Of a DNA stretch of 64,000 nt, positions 60,243-64,000 are shown piece after piece; within the stretch, counting starts at the first letter, position 1; every line of letters starts with the position of its first letter. The translations under genes were made by a program, and so were the position numbers. Source of the stretch: Nemertoderma westbladi (lineage: Eukaryota; Animalia; Xenacoelomorpha); NCBI GenBank assembly GCA_032718475.1, contig JAUCBJ010006805.1:1-64000 (forward strand), given 5' to 3'. A model generated the notes under the pieces. The model was not told the origin of the DNA. It made no database searches and saw only the letters and a program-made list of their open reading frames with translations.

Positions 60243-61251
60243 TAGTCAGCTAGTACCGGTACAGTCTGACAGTAGCACTAACTGACTAACAGACTAAATA
60301 TTTCAGTTTAGGTCAGGTCATGCAGCTTTCGAAATGCAAGCAGAGTAAGCAGACATAAGCGAAGGTTTTACAGTAGGCCTAGGCAGGTAGGCCGTAGGCG
60401 TAGGCAGTAGGGCCTACCGGAAGTCAGGTAGTGCTGTAGTCAGGTAGTGTTTAATCTGTTAATATGGTAAGGTAATACACATTACTGCAGTTTGGCGTAC
60501 TGCCAACTTAATACATTACCGTACATATTACCATATTAGTATACCTGTATACCGCTGCGCTGTACCGGTCATCACGGTCAGATAGTACATTTAATGGCAA
60601 CTTGTGAATCAGTAATAATGCTGTAATGTATGGTCAGACCAGCATACAGCTGTGCAGCACACTTCAGCATAACAAATATTGGGTAAATCTTTTCGACCTA
60701 CGCGTAGGCCTACGCGTAGTTTGTAACTTCCATTCCTGTCATTTACCGGTAGGGCCAGACTTACTGCCTTTTTAACAACTACGCGTAGGTGTTTTAAAAC
60801 TACGCATAGTTATTTTGGAACTATGCGTAGGTGCTGCGCGTAGCAGTCCTGATAACAATGATTTTTCATTTCAGGTCCGGTAGGGTTGAGTTGTTAGGCA
60901 AGTATCGGTATGTCAGGTACCTACTGTATCTGATTATCACACAAATGGAATAACAGAATCGGAAACTCATTTCTCTACATACAGCACTGGTAATAAATAA
61001 TATTCGGCTCTTTCACATACAAACACGTTGTGGGGTCTTCGAGCAGCACGTGTTCAAATGTTCAATGACTGAGCAGCGACTAATTAACAAATTTATGAAT
61101 TCGTTTGACCAGCTACTGACAGATCAATATTGTGACATATATTTTAGTTTAATGTTTGATTCAATTAAAGGCACAAATTAAAAAGGCTACAAATACTGAA
61201 ATATATAGGGGTGAATAATTAAATTAGTCACCCATTAAAAGGTAGCCAAAT

Positions 61252-64000
61252 TGTTCGCGCTTTTACACCTTTAGCAGTTTAACCTGCCAAATTTAGGTGT
61301 CTTCTAGGTTATAAATCGACTTTAGCCTATGACAAGTATTTGATACACATAAAGCTACATTAGCCGAAGCCAGCCTATGCGCGATCATTCACCCACGGTT
61401 AAGGGAGACTGGATTCGGATGCTCTGACCTTATTGCGGTGTAGGCCTACTGTACTATTCGATTGATCGTTAATATATAATCTCTGACAAATATTATTCAC
61501 TTTCGGGAAATATTAACAGTTCCTTTAGGACGTGGCGCTCTAAGTATGTAAACAGAGTTATGACTTACACTAAACACAACGGGATGGCTAATGATTTACG
61601 TATAAAGCGCATTCTTTAGGAAGTGCTTTGTTATCTATCACACTCATGCACAATACCGCACACTGCTGCACACTGATCTGCCGACCTTCACTAATTTTGA
61701 TCATATGTAAGGAGAACAGCAACTGACACATGTAGGGCCTATGAAATAGCATTCAATTCACTCCAAAACCACTATAATGTAAGTCACAATTGCTATATGT
61801 AACCGGTCTCTCTAACCTTCAGTATATCAAGAAGATTGGGGTTTTCTGATTATTTATCGTTATTCTCCAAATATAACAATATTCCATCAACTGATACAAT
61901 TAATAACCGACAGTAAATAGCAGTAAAATAATGCGGTGTTTGTATGTGATCAGGTTTGACAATATGAGCAGTTTGTGATGTACTGGTTTGATAACAGTTA
62001 TACGTTTCTATGATCAAAGCCGTTCTAATGTTTGGCTAAAGTCTGAAACACAGAATAATTCCACAGCCGGTGTTCTGGGCTTAGGAAAAAAGGTAAACAA
62101 AGACCATAATGCATTGCACGATTTCCCGGAGGCTTCTGTGCAAATAAAATGAAAATCGCTCTGATTGGTCGAGTGAGTGAGCCTGAATAAAGAAAGCCAA
62201 AAGCTACACGTCGACAGTTCAGCTGATAGATGTCGTCATCTGAACTACACTGTATTAAGAGTATTTTGGTGCATTGCGGCATAAAATTGCTAGTTATGTC
62301 CGCTAAAGTACACATACAGAAGAAATGGCTTTTTATGTCCACTAAAACACCTGTACAGTAAGGAAACGGCTTTTTATGTCCGCTAAAACACCTACAGTAA
62401 GGAAACGGCTTTTTATGTCCGCTAAAACACCTACAGAGTACTTTGCGGGGAAAATAACCAGCTAAATCCGCAAAAGCCTTTACACCGCTCCCAGAAAATG
62501 GGATTTATTTCTATAAAATATAAAAAATCACAGTTTCTAAAATATAAAAATACTCTAAACAGTTAGTCTTTTTGCGTGGATGGCGTTTACGCAGTTTTTT
62601 GAGGCTAGCAAGAGTCCTTTTCTCTTTGGGGCGAGCCACTTTACTAGGAGGGCCATAACTCCTGGGTGAAGGGTGCAATACAATTGCATCTGAAGGTTTA
62701 GGATTACGGTCGGTGTATCCGCTGGTCGAGGTACCTGGTTGATCGATATCAACCTCAGTGGAGCGAGGTCTAACGGCTTTGAGAGCGCGTTTTAGGACAG
62801 CAGCTCCTACTGGTCCCTGACGATTCGTCTGAACGATAGCGGTAGGTGGACCGTGTGTAGTGAGAAATTTCCTCGGTTTGATGATTCCTTCCAACTCGAG
62901 TTCTCGGGCTCTGTCGAAATCGATATGCTTCTCCTCGAGCTGATTTTCCTCCGCTTGTCGTTGGAAGCATTCGTCTAAAACTCGTTTAGAGTAGAGTCGT
63001 CCAAGTTCGATATCTTCTTAGAGATTCTGGATTTCCCGATCGAACTGATATAAAGCTAATTCGTTTACCGCTTGGACTTGTTGCTGCAATTTACGTTTTC
63101 TAAGCAATCGTAGGTTCCTTTTCCCATCTTTTATAGAAAAGTGTCTAACGCGTGCGTACAATTTTCTCCTCCACTTTGGTGACAGATTATATCGGGTTAA
63201 ACAGGGACGATTATACGGTTGAATGGCGATATTAGGTGTCCGCGTCCCAATCCGGCTAGGTAAGATGGGCGAATATCTAGGGAGCCCACAACTGGAGTGC
63301 CACTGACTAACTGTTCGGGTAACACTAGATCTTTGAACAGTGAGTACAGTTCGGAAGGATCCGTGATACTATTAGGATCAAGAGTCTGAGGTCTCACTAG
63401 GGAGTGAGGAGGTCTGACCGAGTATTCCGGAACTCTGATCATAGGTTTATTTAAGGATCGTTTGAGTCGAGCGAGCGTAGGTGATACATCGAACAAGATA
63501 CGCTCGAAACTCCCGTAAATATAGCGAGTAAAACTGTGTTTAGAGCAACGTTTCCGCGGATGTTTATGTCTTTCCGTTTGTTGGTTGGGTCTTGGGCATT
63601 CATCGCAATAATACCAAAGACGCACGTCTTGTAGGGGAAACGCGGGTGATATTTATTCGGTTTTACAATGTTTCTCTCAAGAATTCCAAATATACGTTGG
63701 AGTTACCGCGTTTATCAGGTTCTTTAACGTCTTCTCTTTCGAGTCGATTTCGAATATAATTTTCGCATTTGATTTTCAGTTTATCGTTCCGACTCCGCTG
63801 GGTAGGATATTTAAATAGGACCATTTCCCTTTCGGTGTCGACATCGTCCGTATCGTGTAAATCGATAGGATGGCCAGTAGTTAAGAAGTCCATATATGTA
63901 CCATTACGATGCGTATAGCGAGCGGTGAATTTTCTATAGTCCAATTCACGCGTAAGTTGCTCCTGGGACATCGGCGGTTCGATATAACGACCATCGTCCT
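61252..64000 (-). mobile_element. Family A copy 3 (diverged subfamily): 3' LTR 61252-62484 and accessory ORF region; continues off the right edge
   Basis: TGTTCGCGC...CCTTTACA LTR, the same PPT-like segment as A2 at 62485, and ORFs homologous to 25240-26591. Confidence 0.9.

Overview
This is animal (probably invertebrate) genomic DNA made almost entirely of nested transposons. It contains: an old BEL/Pao LTR retrotransposon interrupted three times; two complete, recently inserted BEL/Pao-type elements that lack RT and integrase (B at 7131-19380 on +, A2 at 22417-35672 on -); two partial relatives of A2 at the window edges; a Polinton/Maverick fragment (terminus, RING gene, packaging ATPase); a 6858-bp tandem duplication; RTE LINEs; a tRNA-derived SINE; Helitron/Helentron-like elements; and a disrupted TAK1-like kinase gene. 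The main signal is that none of the three visible primer-binding sites is a tRNA-type (TGG...) site. Each is instead exactly complementary to a short segment inside its own LTR, with compensatory changes between subfamilies, which suggests self-primed reverse transcription in BEL/Pao elements. Element B also carries a DEDDy 3'-5' exonuclease/CCHC ORF behind an array of about 39 invariant mini-hairpins. All calls were made by eye; no database searches were run.
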